Shown: piece after piece, positions 35,176-44,697 of the stretch
Position numbering within the stretch: position 1 is the first letter of the stretch
Layout: every line of letters begins with the position of its first letter
Assembly (NCBI GenBank): GCA_964585485.1
Contig: CAZPDS010000001.1
Location: 19,177 to 83,176 of the forward strand
Direction of reading: 5' to 3'
DNA: 64,000 nucleotides
Origin: an uncultured Bacteroidales bacterium
Lineage (GTDB): Bacteria; Bacteroidota; Bacteroidia; Bacteroidales; CAIWKO01
Program-made: the position numbers and the translations under genes
The notes under the pieces: model-generated
What the model was told of the DNA's origin: nothing
Seen by the model: the letters and a program-made list of their open reading frames with translations, nothing else
The model's database searches: none

Positions 35176-35709
35176 CTAAATTGAAATGAGGGAAAAAATC
35201 TCAGCCCCGTCGATAATTTTTTTTCGTCCTTCCAGAAAAAGGAGTTCAATAATAAAGCTAACATACACTTTATTCACACCAAAATGATGGATCAGGTTCT
35301 GGGTGGCGTGAGCTGAACCCCCGGTAGCCAGGAGGTCATCGTGGAGCAGAACCACATCGCCGGGTTCCAGTGCGTCTTTGTGAATTTCCAACTGGCCTTC
35401 GCCGTACTCCAGGGTATAGGTTTCGGTAAAGGTATCGGCCGGCAACTTCCCGGGTTTTCGCACCGGTACAAAACCGGCACCCAGACGGTAAGCCAATACA
35501 CTACCGGCAATAAAACCGCGCGATTCAATGCCCACCACCTTGGTGATTCCCTTGTCCTTGTATTGCTCATACAAACGATCGATCACAAAGGCGAAAATCT
35601 CCGGACGCTTGAGGGCGGTCGTAATATCTTTAAACAGGATGCCGGGTTTCGGAAAATCAGGGACATCCCGTATTGCATCTTTTAGGTTTTGAATCGTTAC
35701 TTGAGACAT
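35176..35709 (-). CDS. apt: Adenine phosphoribosyltransferase
   Basis: ORF trimmed to MSQVTIQNLKDAIRDVPDFPKPGILFKDIT. PRPP motif VVLLHDDLLATGGSA. Confidence 0.92.
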   Translation of the reverse strand: MSQVTIQNLKDAIRDVPDFPKPGILFKDITTALKRPEIFAFVIDRLYEQYKDKGITKVVGIESRGFIAGSVLAYRLGAGFVPVRKPGKLPADTFTETYTLEYGEGQLEIHKDALEPGDVVLLHDDLLATGGSAHATQNLIHHFGVNKVYVSFIIELLFLEGRKKIIDGAEIFSLISI

Positions 35710-35717
35710 AGGTCGTT

Positions 35718-36770
35718 TTAAAGTTCCTTTAGTTTCCGTTGTGCAAGTTGACCGCAAGCCGCATCAATATCGGCTCCGCGGCTTTTTCGGACCTGAACAA
35801 GGATATTTTTGTCGGTCAGATATTGCGCAAATGTACGTATTTTTTTTAGATCTGACGACTGAAAATCACTTTCTGCAACATTGTTGTAAGAAATCAGGTT
35901 GATTTTTACCGGAAACGACTTACAGAAGCGGGCCAGCGCGCGAACTTCAGCCTCCCCGTCATTCACGCCGTTCAGCATCACATATTCAAAGGTGATACGT
36001 CCCGACGTGATCGCGTGATAGTCCTGCAGAGCCACCGATAATTCCACCAGGGAATGCGTTTTCGCAACCGGCATCAGGCGCTCGCGGATCTCCTGTACGG
36101 CGGCATGCAGCGAAACAGCCAATTGTACACGTGGAAAATCTGCCGCAAAACGTCGAATCCCGTCCGGAATGCCGGCTGTGGAAACCGTAATCCGCTGGGG
36201 CGAAAAAGCCAGGCCTTCGTCTGCATCGGTAATACGTCGAAGCGCCTCCGCCAATACGTCGTAATTCAGAAAAGGCTCACCCATCCCCATCACCACGATG
36301 TTGTTCAACTTATGTCCGGATTTTTCCAAACTAATGCGGTTCAAGGCCACCACCTGGTCATAAATCTCCCACGCTTCCAGGTTTCGGGTAAATCCCGAGC
36401 GCCCGGTGGCACAGAAGGCACAAGCGAGCGGACAACCCGATTGGGTCGAGATGCAGGCCGTGCTGCGTTGTTCCGTAGGAATATAAACGCCCTCGGTAAG
36501 GGCCCCATCAGGAAGTTGAAAAAGAATTTTCTCAGTACCATCGGCCGAAGCCTGACGTTGTGCCAGGGACAAAGATTCCAACTGGAAAGAGGATTGCAAC
36601 AGATCAATTAAGGGCGCCGGGAGATTCCGCATATCAGCAAAACAACGCACGTTTTTTTGCCAAATCCAGCTGCTTATCTGTTTCGATCGAAAACCTGGAA
36701 TGCCCCGCTCATGGCACCATTCCAACAAGTCACCGGAAGAACAATTTTTTATGGAGGGGCTTGCGTTCAC
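35718..36770 (-). CDS. rlmN: 23S rRNA/tRNA adenine-C2 methyltransferase RlmN (radical SAM)
   Basis: 350 aa. Radical-SAM cluster motif GCPLACAFCATG, MGMGEPFLNYD, and C-terminal catalytic Cys context GADIDAACGQL. Confidence 0.93.
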   Translation of the reverse strand: MNASPSIKNCSSGDLLEWCHERGIPGFRSKQISSWIWQKNVRCFADMRNLPAPLIDLLQSSFQLESLSLAQRQASADGTEKILFQLPDGALTEGVYIPTEQRSTACISTQSGCPLACAFCATGRSGFTRNLEAWEIYDQVVALNRISLEKSGHKLNNIVVMGMGEPFLNYDVLAEALRRITDADEGLAFSPQRITVSTAGIPDGIRRFAADFPRVQLAVSLHAAVQEIRERLMPVAKTHSLVELSVALQDYHAITSGRITFEYVMLNGVNDGEAEVRALARFCKSFPVKINLISYNNVAESDFQSSDLKKIRTFAQYLTDKNILVQVRKSRGADIDAACGQLAQRKLKEL

Positions 36771-37801
36771 GAATGTTGGGCCTGAAAACCGAGGGCATAG
36801 GCTCTCAGCTTGTCCAGATGAAGTTGCTTGTCAGAATCGGGCAGGAAGGAAGCCATGAAGGCATTCTCGGATAAAACAAGAATCTCTTCCCGCGTAAGAT
36901 CGAGACTTTGTTGTACGGCATGGAAATTTTCGTTCATGTAGCCCCCGAAGTAGGCCGGATCGTCCGAGTTGATGGTCACCACCAACCCCTCTTCGAGGAA
37001 ACGACGCACAGGATGATCTTCCAGCGCCTTGACCACGCAAAGCTTATGGTTCGACAAAGGACAAATGGTAAGAGGCATCTTCAGATCCACCAAACGCTTC
37101 AATACCGCCGGATTATCCTCGCAGCGGTTGCCATGATCAATGCGCGAAACGTTCAGCAAATCCAGGGCTTCTTCAATGTATTCCACCGGACCTTCTTCAC
37201 CGGCATGGGCTACGGTGCGAAAACCCTGTTCGCGGGCCCGGCTAAACACCTCCACAAATTTTGAGGGCGGGTTTCCCAACTCGCTTGAGTCGAGCCCGAC
37301 CGCCGTAATCAGATGCCGGAACGGAAGTGCTTCCTCCAGCGTTTGCATAGCGTTGGCGGCACTAAGATGGCGCAAAAAACATAAAATCAGCCGGCTGCTG
37401 ATGCCGTAGCGCTGTTGCGCATCCACACAGGCCCGATCAATACCACCGATCACCGTTTCCATTAAAACCCCACGCTGTGTGTGCGTTTGCGGATCAAAAA
37501 AAAGTTCCGCATGAACCACATGCTGGGCATGAACTTTCTGAAAATAGGCCATGGTTAGCTCGTAGAAATCTTCTTCCTGCAACAGCACACGCGCACCCTC
37601 ATAATAAATATCAAGAAATTCCTGAAGGTTTTGAAAACGATAAGCCGCCTTGAGCTCTTCAATAGAGGAATATTTTAAGGCGATGCCATTGCGTTTCGCA
37701 ATCGCAAACATCAGCTCGGGCTCAAATGTGCCCTCAATGTGCAAGTGCAATTCGGCCTTGGGCATGCCCTCGATAAACTTATGCAGATGATTACTTTCCA
37801 T
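36767..37801 (-). CDS. add: Adenosine/adenine deaminase family protein
   Basis: ORF trimmed to MESNHLHKFIEGMPKAELHLHIEGT. HAGEEGP and SDDPAYFG metal/catalytic motifs. 4-nt overlap with the rlmN start. Confidence 0.88.
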   Translation of the reverse strand: MESNHLHKFIEGMPKAELHLHIEGTFEPELMFAIAKRNGIALKYSSIEELKAAYRFQNLQEFLDIYYEGARVLLQEEDFYELTMAYFQKVHAQHVVHAELFFDPQTHTQRGVLMETVIGGIDRACVDAQQRYGISSRLILCFLRHLSAANAMQTLEEALPFRHLITAVGLDSSELGNPPSKFVEVFSRAREQGFRTVAHAGEEGPVEYIEEALDLLNVSRIDHGNRCEDNPAVLKRLVDLKMPLTICPLSNHKLCVVKALEDHPVRRFLEEGLVVTINSDDPAYFGGYMNENFHAVQQSLDLTREEILVLSENAFMASFLPDSDKQLHLDKLRAYALGFQAQHS

Positions 37802-37832
37802 TGCCCTGATTGTTAAAGGGGAACAAAGGTAC

Positions 37833-37861
37833 AAAAAAAACAGGGTCGTTTTTGACCCTGT
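37833..37861 (-). terminator. Intrinsic terminator after the three-gene secreted operon
   Basis: The minus strand reads ACAGGGTC-AAAAAC-GACCCTGT followed by TTTTTTTT. 8-bp stem, 29 nt downstream of the DUF4468-like stop. Confidence 0.75.
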
Positions 37862-37889
37862 ATGTTAATGGCTGATGAACACTGCCTTT

Positions 37890-38435
37890 TCACCAATTAT
37901 CTTCCTTGATGACCTTGGGAATCATGCCCTTCTTCAGGCTGGCAATCAAATCACGCACTTCCTTATCCACCTGTTGCAAATAATAATCATCCACAGGCAC
38001 ATAGGCCGGGTCTGTTTTATCCAGCCATCGTTCCAGCGGAAAAGCCGAGGTTCCGGGCAGGATAAAATTCGTGAAAACATAACGATAACGGCCCTCCCGA
38101 AATTCCAGATTCAGGGTGTATTGTACCACTTCCTTCAAGGCTTCCGTGGTTTTGATACCATTTTTGTCTACACTGAATAAACGAATGCGATGCCGGATCT
38201 CAATTTTTCCGTTTTCCGGATCCCGCACCCTGGTTGCATCCGCTGCATTGGTATAGGTGGCGTTGATCCATTCCATCGCCTGATTGTAGAGCTTTTGGGG
38301 GGTGCCTTCCTGAGTAACCACTTCTTTGTAGGTAATCTTTTGGGTGTCCTCATCAACCGGAACCTGGGCACGGCCCGCAGGAATCCATAACAAGAACATC
38401 AAAATGCTGGTCAGAATAATTCGGTTTGCCTTCAT
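37890..38435 (-). CDS. Secreted DUF4468-like protein
   Basis: ORF trimmed to MKANRIILTSILMFLLWIPAGRAQ. ~180 aa. ITYKEVV....T..KLY..A.EWI and the later RYRYVFTNF resemble DUF4468 (TBP-like fold) proteins. The family call is tentative. Confidence 0.6.
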   Translation of the reverse strand: MKANRIILTSILMFLLWIPAGRAQVPVDEDTQKITYKEVVTQEGTPQKLYNQAMEWINATYTNAADATRVRDPENGKIEIRHRIRLFSVDKNGIKTTEALKEVVQYTLNLEFREGRYRYVFTNFILPGTSAFPLERWLDKTDPAYVPVDDYYLQQVDKEVRDLIASLKKGMIPKVIKEDNW

Positions 38436-38489
38436 GCTTATTATTTTTGGTGACGGGGGCGGGCCTGTCAATAATGCTGCCAAATTTCT

Positions 38490-40205
38490 TTAGCGGATCA
38501 GAACGTAATTTTGTGTTGTCAGGTTGTTCTTTCCGTCGACAACCACCACTTTCAATTCGTTACGTCCCATCACAAAACGATCGTCAATGGTAATGAGCAT
38601 CAGGTTGCTCTTCATATCGTACTCCATCGCGATCCACTTATGGTTCAGCTCGGCACGGTAAAACTTCACACCCGACAAATCATCAGTTGCGTAGAATTTC
38701 AGGGCTTGCATGGAGTTGATGTTCTTGTGCGACGAGAAGCCAACCGATTTCACCAGCGGCGCAATGGTATCGGCCACCAGGGTGTATTCGCCGCAACGTG
38801 TAATATCGCCGGAGACGTAGCCATCTTTATATTCACCACCCACTGCAACCAGGCTGTTGGTTCCCTGCAAACGTGCCAATAAAAGTTTCGAACCGTACTT
38901 TTCACCCTGTAGGCCGGCCTTGATGGAAAGCTTAGCCTTCTTAAGCAAGGGCACAGAGGGTTTTCCAATTTTATACGTCATCCCATAGACCCCTTTGTAC
39001 TGCTCGCTGTAAAAAACCTGATCGTCCTGCAGACTATAAGGCTCCATGTCGAGAATATAATCGGTGGTTTCAAAGTGCACCGGACGATCGTAGCGGAAAA
39101 ACCGGCTGCTGTCCAACAAGGGGGTTGCCGGCAAGGTAGCGCTTAGGGGCTGACCCTTCAATACGAGGTTCAACACGATCTGATTCCCGGCATGGTCGCG
39201 GGCGCGAAGTACTACCGGGGTGAATTTTTCGCTTCGGAAGGTAATGATACCAAGCTCTACCAGATCAGCATAAATGTTCAACTGATTCCCGGGACTTTTA
39301 CGAAACATCAAAAAGGAAGACCGCGACGCAAGGTATTCCGGGTAATCAATCAAATCATTCACCATCCGCGTTTCATCAAAGGCAAATGAATCGAGCACAC
39401 AGGAAAACATCCGCCGTCCATCCACGGTCATATCCCATGAATAAACGCCGGCCTTGTTGCTCAGTCCGGAAACAAAATCACTAACCAGCATACCCAGCGA
39501 ACAACGGCCGGTAACCTTCACGGTGTCGTTCAGTGTATAAACCGATGTTTTTTGTTTTTCGAAGCTGTACACCGCTGGAACAGATTGGCCGTTTACCAGG
39601 CTTCCCGCGCCTTCCGGGTAGATCTTCACCTTCTCAAGTACCGGCAGCAATTCGTCGGTTGCCTGAAGACCCAGGTTGAAGGGATTAAAAATCCGCTCCG
39701 TACGCGCATTGCGTAGTTCGAAATGCAGATGGGGTCCCGTGGAAGAACCGGTATTGCCGGAATATCCAACAATATCACCCTTTTTCACCGGAAACAAGGC
39801 CGGATCGGGGAATAATTCAATTTCAAAGGTTTCCTTCTCAATCTGCTTTCGGGCTACGTAATCTTCCACCACCACGCTGTATTCGTTCAGGTGGCCGTAA
39901 ACACTCACATAACCGTTGGCATGGGTGATGTACAGAGCCCGGCCGTAACCGCCTGCACTTACCTTGATGCGCGATACATACCCATCAGCGATGGCCAGTA
40001 CGTTGGCTCCAATGCGCCCACCCGTCGAAAAATCAAGGCCGCTGTGAAGATGATCGGCCCGGGCTTCACCAAAGGTCCCGGAAACAAAAATTTTTGAATC
40101 CAGGGGGAAACGGAAATATCCTTCCGGAACATTGCGCTGAGCCGCCGATGCCAGCGGAAGCAGGAAGGAGAATAAAAGAACTGTGCGCAGGGTATTGCTT
40201 TTCAT
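38490..40205 (-). CDS. M23-family (LytM-type) metallopeptidase with large C-terminal extension
   Basis: 571 aa. Signal peptide. Intact zinc/catalytic motifs HLHSGLDFS (HxxxD) and GPHLHFELR (HxH). ~370 aa follow with no recognised domain. Confidence 0.85.
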   Translation of the reverse strand: MKSNTLRTVLLFSFLLPLASAAQRNVPEGYFRFPLDSKIFVSGTFGEARADHLHSGLDFSTGGRIGANVLAIADGYVSRIKVSAGGYGRALYITHANGYVSVYGHLNEYSVVVEDYVARKQIEKETFEIELFPDPALFPVKKGDIVGYSGNTGSSTGPHLHFELRNARTERIFNPFNLGLQATDELLPVLEKVKIYPEGAGSLVNGQSVPAVYSFEKQKTSVYTLNDTVKVTGRCSLGMLVSDFVSGLSNKAGVYSWDMTVDGRRMFSCVLDSFAFDETRMVNDLIDYPEYLASRSSFLMFRKSPGNQLNIYADLVELGIITFRSEKFTPVVLRARDHAGNQIVLNLVLKGQPLSATLPATPLLDSSRFFRYDRPVHFETTDYILDMEPYSLQDDQVFYSEQYKGVYGMTYKIGKPSVPLLKKAKLSIKAGLQGEKYGSKLLLARLQGTNSLVAVGGEYKDGYVSGDITRCGEYTLVADTIAPLVKSVGFSSHKNINSMQALKFYATDDLSGVKFYRAELNHKWIAMEYDMKSNLMLITIDDRFVMGRNELKVVVVDGKNNLTTQNYVLIR

Positions 40206-40248
40206 GGCAAGGGTTTTTTTTCTATACTGTATTCAATCTATAAAACGA

Positions 40249-41274
40249 CTATTTTTCAACATCACAGAATTCCTTCACCAACATAAAGGCTTCATTGAAA
40301 CCTAACTCATACGATTTTTCCCAATCCTCACAGGCCCCCACCTTATCGCCCAGCTCAGCACGTGCAATACCACGCAAATCATACGCTTCAGCAAAATTGG
40401 GTTCCAGGTCGATGGCCTTATTGAAGTCCATCAAGGCATCCTTGTACTGCAACTGCAACACCTTCGCCTGACCGCGAAAAACATACGCATCGGGATTGCC
40501 CGGTGCCAGAGTGATCGCCATCGTAAATTTCTCAATGGCCCCTTTGTAATCCTTGGCCAGCAAGCGGGCGTTGCCCTGATTAATAAATTGCGAAACACGT
40601 TCATCCATAGGCTGTGCATCAGGCTGAATGGTATGAGGGGGTTCCAGGGTTTTAAGTTCGTCAGGGGTGGTCCGGCGACTATCGTACAAAGCCCGCACCT
40701 TGGCAGCGGTAATGGCGAAGTTCAAATTCGCTTGCGCTATAGGCGAAGGCAGCGAAACACCCACCACCTGGCCGTCGGCATTTAATACCGGAAAACCACT
40801 ATTGCTGACGATTGCACTGGCATTGAGTTGCAGCAACTGAATACCGCCAAAATCCTTAAATGCTTCCATACTGCCCTGAACAATGCCCATCGTCCCGTTT
40901 TCGAGAGGGGAAAAAAGATAAACCTTTTCGGCCGGAACCGGTACCTTTTCGGCCAAAACCAACGGCGTTCCTTCGCTGGTGGACACTTTCAGGATAACCA
41001 GGTCATCCTCTTCATTCGCGGCAACATAACCCACTACGTCGAAAGATTTATTTCCGCTCATCACAATTTTTGCTGCGCCCATCCTGGCTTTGTTGATCAC
41101 CTGGTAATTCGTAACCACCAAATCCTTGTCAATAAAAAAACCATAGCCCAAAACATCAACGTTTTTGATGGTGACCAGAGAGGGCGTTGTCCGGGTATTG
41201 AGTGTCTGTACATCTTGTCCAAAACTGGCAAAATATACTAAAGCACTGATAAATAACACAATAACTTTTTTCAT
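40249..41274 (-). CDS. Secreted trypsin-like (S1C/HtrA-type) domain fused to TPR repeats; catalytic His replaced by Gln
   Basis: ORF trimmed to MKKVIVLFISALVYFASFGQ. GYGFFIDKDLVVTNYQVI aligns to GSGFII..G.ILTNNHVV, with Gln58 (CAG at 41101-41103) at the His position. The Asp context DLVILKV and Ser context SNSGFPV are retained. The C-terminal ~130 aa are TPRs. Confidence 0.75.
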   Translation of the reverse strand: MKKVIVLFISALVYFASFGQDVQTLNTRTTPSLVTIKNVDVLGYGFFIDKDLVVTNYQVINKARMGAAKIVMSGNKSFDVVGYVAANEEDDLVILKVSTSEGTPLVLAEKVPVPAEKVYLFSPLENGTMGIVQGSMEAFKDFGGIQLLQLNASAIVSNSGFPVLNADGQVVGVSLPSPIAQANLNFAITAAKVRALYDSRRTTPDELKTLEPPHTIQPDAQPMDERVSQFINQGNARLLAKDYKGAIEKFTMAITLAPGNPDAYVFRGQAKVLQLQYKDALMDFNKAIDLEPNFAEAYDLRGIARAELGDKVGACEDWEKSYELGFNEAFMLVKEFCDVEK

Positions 41275-41501
41275 GCAGATAAATTTTGTCAAAGATAGCA
41301 GTTTCTATTAAATTAACGTATACTTTGCAATTCCACTTTCGCTGAATTGCGGGTGAAAATACGTAAAACACACGGAGCCGAATTCGCAAAGTGTTAGTAC
41401 CTTTGCCGAAAAGCCGGCGCAACAAAAATACCGGCCAGCGTTTGCGGTTCCTTCCGCAAGGCGCCCTTTTATCACAAGATTCACCGGAACAAACCTCCAT
41501 T

Positions 41502-43664
41502 ATGGCAAAAAATAAAAAGACCAGCAGTAAGGGTAAACCGCAAGCTACCTTTGGACAAAACATTGTACACGCCCTCGAAGAAAATCCAAAGGCTGGAATG
41601 AATTACCGGCAAATAGCCGCCCGTTTGGGCATGAGCGACAAAGCCAGTCGGGAGCTTTTGCATATTTTTCTCGAAAAGTTAGTGGCCGATGGAACACTTA
41701 CCGCCATGAGTCGTGGCAAGTTTAAGTTAAGCCAGCAGTACCTTGATCAGGCAGCATCGACCGGAAAAATTGTCAGTGGAACGGTAGATATGAAATCGAA
41801 CGGAAATGCCTTCATCCGGATCGGGGCGGGGGAGGAAGATGTTTTTGTTCCCGCGGAACACACGGCCCACGCATTGCACGGCGATACCGTGCAGGTAAAA
41901 TTATTTCCGGGCCGCCGGGGTCAAAAAGCCGAAGGAAGGGTCATTCAAATTGTAAGCCGCGGAAAAGAAAACTATGTTGGAATCTTGAATACCTCCAAAT
42001 ATTACGGAACCTTCACCGCCGACAACGCCAATATGCCGGTGGAGATACTGATTCCATCCGATAAATTTGCCGGGGCGGTTAAAGGCGATAAAGTGGTCGT
42101 GAAAATTACCGATTGGCCGGAACAATCGCCCAATCCCCAGGGTGAAGTCGTCCGTAAACTGGGAACTCCGGGCTTGCACGAAGTTGAAATGCAATCGATT
42201 ATCGTGGATTACGGCTTCCCGCTTGAGTTTCCGGCGGCCGTTGAAAAAGAAGCCCGCCAACTGAAAGCGGGCATCGATGAGGATGAAATCAACAGAAGAC
42301 GCGATTTTCGTGAGGTTGTGACCCTAACCATCGACCCGGAAGATGCCAAGGATTTCGATGATGCCCTTTCGCTGCGGCAACTCCCCGGCGACTTGTGGGA
42401 AGTGGGCGTCCACATTGCCGATGTTTCACACTACGTGCGCCCCGGAACCTTACTCGATCAGGAAGCGGAAGAACGAGCCACCTCGGTGTACCTGGTGGAC
42501 CGTACCATCCCGATGCTGCCCGAAGCCTTGTCGAACCAGCTTTGCTCCCTCAACCCCACGGAAGATAAACTCTGTTTCTCGGCCGTCTTCACCATGAACG
42601 ACAAAGCCGTGATTACAGACGAATGGTATGGCAAAACCGTGATCCATTCCAACCGCCGCTTTAATTACGATGAGGCACAACGTATCATCGAAACCGGAGA
42701 AGGGGATTATGCCGCGGAGATATTGACCCTGAACCGCCTTGCAACCCAACTGCGCGAAGAACGCTTTCGCAAGGGGGCCATCGCTTTCGAAACCGATGAG
42801 GTAAAATTCCGCCTCGATGAACTTGGCCGGCCCGTCTCTGCTTATGTGAAAGAATACAAGGACTCCAACAAGCTTATCGAAGATTTTATGCTGCTGGCCA
42901 ACCGAAAAGTGGCCGAAACCATCCAGAAATATAAAAAAAACGATCAAAACCCGGTGTTTGTCTACCGTATTCACGATGTTCCGAATCCTGAAAAACTCGG
43001 ACAATTCAATGAATTTATCAGCAAACTCGGCTACCAAATCAAAACAAGTTCCGGCCGTGAAACCTCACGTTCCTTCAACCAACTCTTCGAATCTATCAAA
43101 GGCCGGGGAGAGGAAAACCTGATCTCCAGCCTGGCCATTCGAACCATGGCGAAAGCAATTTATTCCACCACCAATATCGGTCACTACGGCCTGGCTTTTA
43201 AATATTATACCCATTTCACATCGCCTATACGCCGATACCCCGATTTGCTGGTGCATCGTATGCTGGAAGCTTACCAAAACCGGAAGGCCCGTTTCGACAA
43301 AACCGAGTATGAACATCGCTGCCAGCATTGCTCCGACATGGAAAAACAGGCCACCGAAGCCGAACGTGCTTCCGTTAAATACAAGCAAGCCGAATACCTT
43401 CTCGATAAGGTCGGAAAAGAATTTGAAGGACTCATCTCCGGCGTTAGCAAGTGGGGATTGTTCGTTGAACTTGACGAAACAAAGTGCGAAGGCCTCGTCG
43501 CCCTGCGCGACATGAACGATGATTACTATGTTTTAGATGAAGATAACTATCTTATCACCGGACAATCGCACGGGCGCCAGTTCCGCCTGGGTGACCGTAT
43601 CAGGGTCAAAGTGAAAAAAATTGATATGTCGAAAAAAACCATCGACTTCGCATTGACCCGATAG
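41502..43664 (+). CDS. rnr: Ribonuclease R
   Basis: ORF 41391..43664 trimmed to MAKNKKTSSKGK (ATG 41502). RNB domain (IDPEDAKDFDDAL, HYGLAFKYYTHFTSPIRRYPDLLVHR) and C-terminal S1 domain. Confidence 0.93.
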   Translation: MAKNKKTSSKGKPQATFGQNIVHALEENPKAGMNYRQIAARLGMSDKASRELLHIFLEKLVADGTLTAMSRGKFKLSQQYLDQAASTGKIVSGTVDMKSNGNAFIRIGAGEEDVFVPAEHTAHALHGDTVQVKLFPGRRGQKAEGRVIQIVSRGKENYVGILNTSKYYGTFTADNANMPVEILIPSDKFAGAVKGDKVVVKITDWPEQSPNPQGEVVRKLGTPGLHEVEMQSIIVDYGFPLEFPAAVEKEARQLKAGIDEDEINRRRDFREVVTLTIDPEDAKDFDDALSLRQLPGDLWEVGVHIADVSHYVRPGTLLDQEAEERATSVYLVDRTIPMLPEALSNQLCSLNPTEDKLCFSAVFTMNDKAVITDEWYGKTVIHSNRRFNYDEAQRIIETGEGDYAAEILTLNRLATQLREERFRKGAIAFETDEVKFRLDELGRPVSAYVKEYKDSNKLIEDFMLLANRKVAETIQKYKKNDQNPVFVYRIHDVPNPEKLGQFNEFISKLGYQIKTSSGRETSRSFNQLFESIKGRGEENLISSLAIRTMAKAIYSTTNIGHYGLAFKYYTHFTSPIRRYPDLLVHRMLEAYQNRKARFDKTEYEHRCQHCSDMEKQATEAERASVKYKQAEYLLDKVGKEFEGLISGVSKWGLFVELDETKCEGLVALRDMNDDYYVLDEDNYLITGQSHGRQFRLGDRIRVKVKKIDMSKKTIDFALTR

Positions 43665-43676
43665 CTGGCCACAGCC

Positions 43677-44432
43677 TTATTTCAGCACATGCAGCCGATC
43701 GTAGACATCCCGCTTATACATGCCGCCCATGGGCAGCACCGTCATTTTTTCGCCCACCAGTAACTGGGGGTATTTGATGCTAACAATTTTGTCTATCCGT
43801 ACGATATACGAACGGTGAATCCGGATAAAATCCTTTACAGGTAGCACCTTAATGATTTCTTTCATGGAGGTGTGCGAAGTGAGGGTTTTCCCTCCCAGGT
43901 GAATCGCAACATAATCTTTTAAGGCCTCTACAAAGTCAATATCTTTCAACTCGATTCGTTGAATCTTATAATCCGACTTAATGAAAATATAACCGCTCTT
44001 CTCATTTCCATTTAACAACGAGAGGTAAAAATCGCGCTCCTTGCGTGCCGCAACATCAATGGAATGCTTATGCAGGGCTGTTTCCAGAGTTGCATTTACC
44101 GATTCTTCCTGGAACGGCCGCACCAGGTAACCGTAGGGCTCCGTTGTCCTGGTTCGCTCCAGCAACTGATGATCGAGCTTCTCCGCTACATAAACAACAG
44201 GCACATCATTCACTTCCCGGATCCTGGACGCCGCCATAAGCCCTTCGGCCTCATTTTCACAGCCGACTTCAATTAATACTACACCGGGATTCAGCGTTCT
44301 GATCTCCGTACACGCTTTTTCGGCCTCTGTATACACCGCCAACAACTCACAGCCCAGCGATGGCAGACGACTGCTCAGTTCGGAGGCAATCTTCGACCGG
44401 TCATCCATAATAATAATTGCACTTTTTTTCAT
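43677..44432 (-). CDS. LytTR-family response regulator with atypical receiver domain
   Basis: 251 aa. Receiver fold followed by a LytTR DNA-binding domain (RIELKDIDFVEA..DYV.IH........S.KEI...LP...FIRIHRSYIV). Receiver positions by alignment to CheY: D10 D11 kept, D57->E55 (GAA at 44268-44270), T87->A, K109->R. Confidence 0.85.
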   Translation of the reverse strand: MKKSAIIIMDDRSKIASELSSRLPSLGCELLAVYTEAEKACTEIRTLNPGVVLIEVGCENEAEGLMAASRIREVNDVPVVYVAEKLDHQLLERTRTTEPYGYLVRPFQEESVNATLETALHKHSIDVAARKERDFYLSLLNGNEKSGYIFIKSDYKIQRIELKDIDFVEALKDYVAIHLGGKTLTSHTSMKEIIKVLPVKDFIRIHRSYIVRIDKIVSIKYPQLLVGEKMTVLPMGGMYKRDVYDRLHVLK

Positions 44433-44697
44433 AGAAGTTAGGTTTTTTGTTTTCGTAAAAGTACGGATAAAAAAAACCTGACTTTAAATGAATAGTTAAT
44501 ATCTAACAATTACACTTTAAAGTTTAATTCTATACAAGGTGCGCCTATCGATAAAACTAATAATTAAGATGCTGTAATAGATAATTATATCATTAAAGGA
44601 CCGTAAATAGTAAGTATATTACTTCATCCGGTATTAACACCTAAACTATCACCAAATTGCTGTAATTAATTTCCCAAAACGGGAAAGAAGCCCTTCA

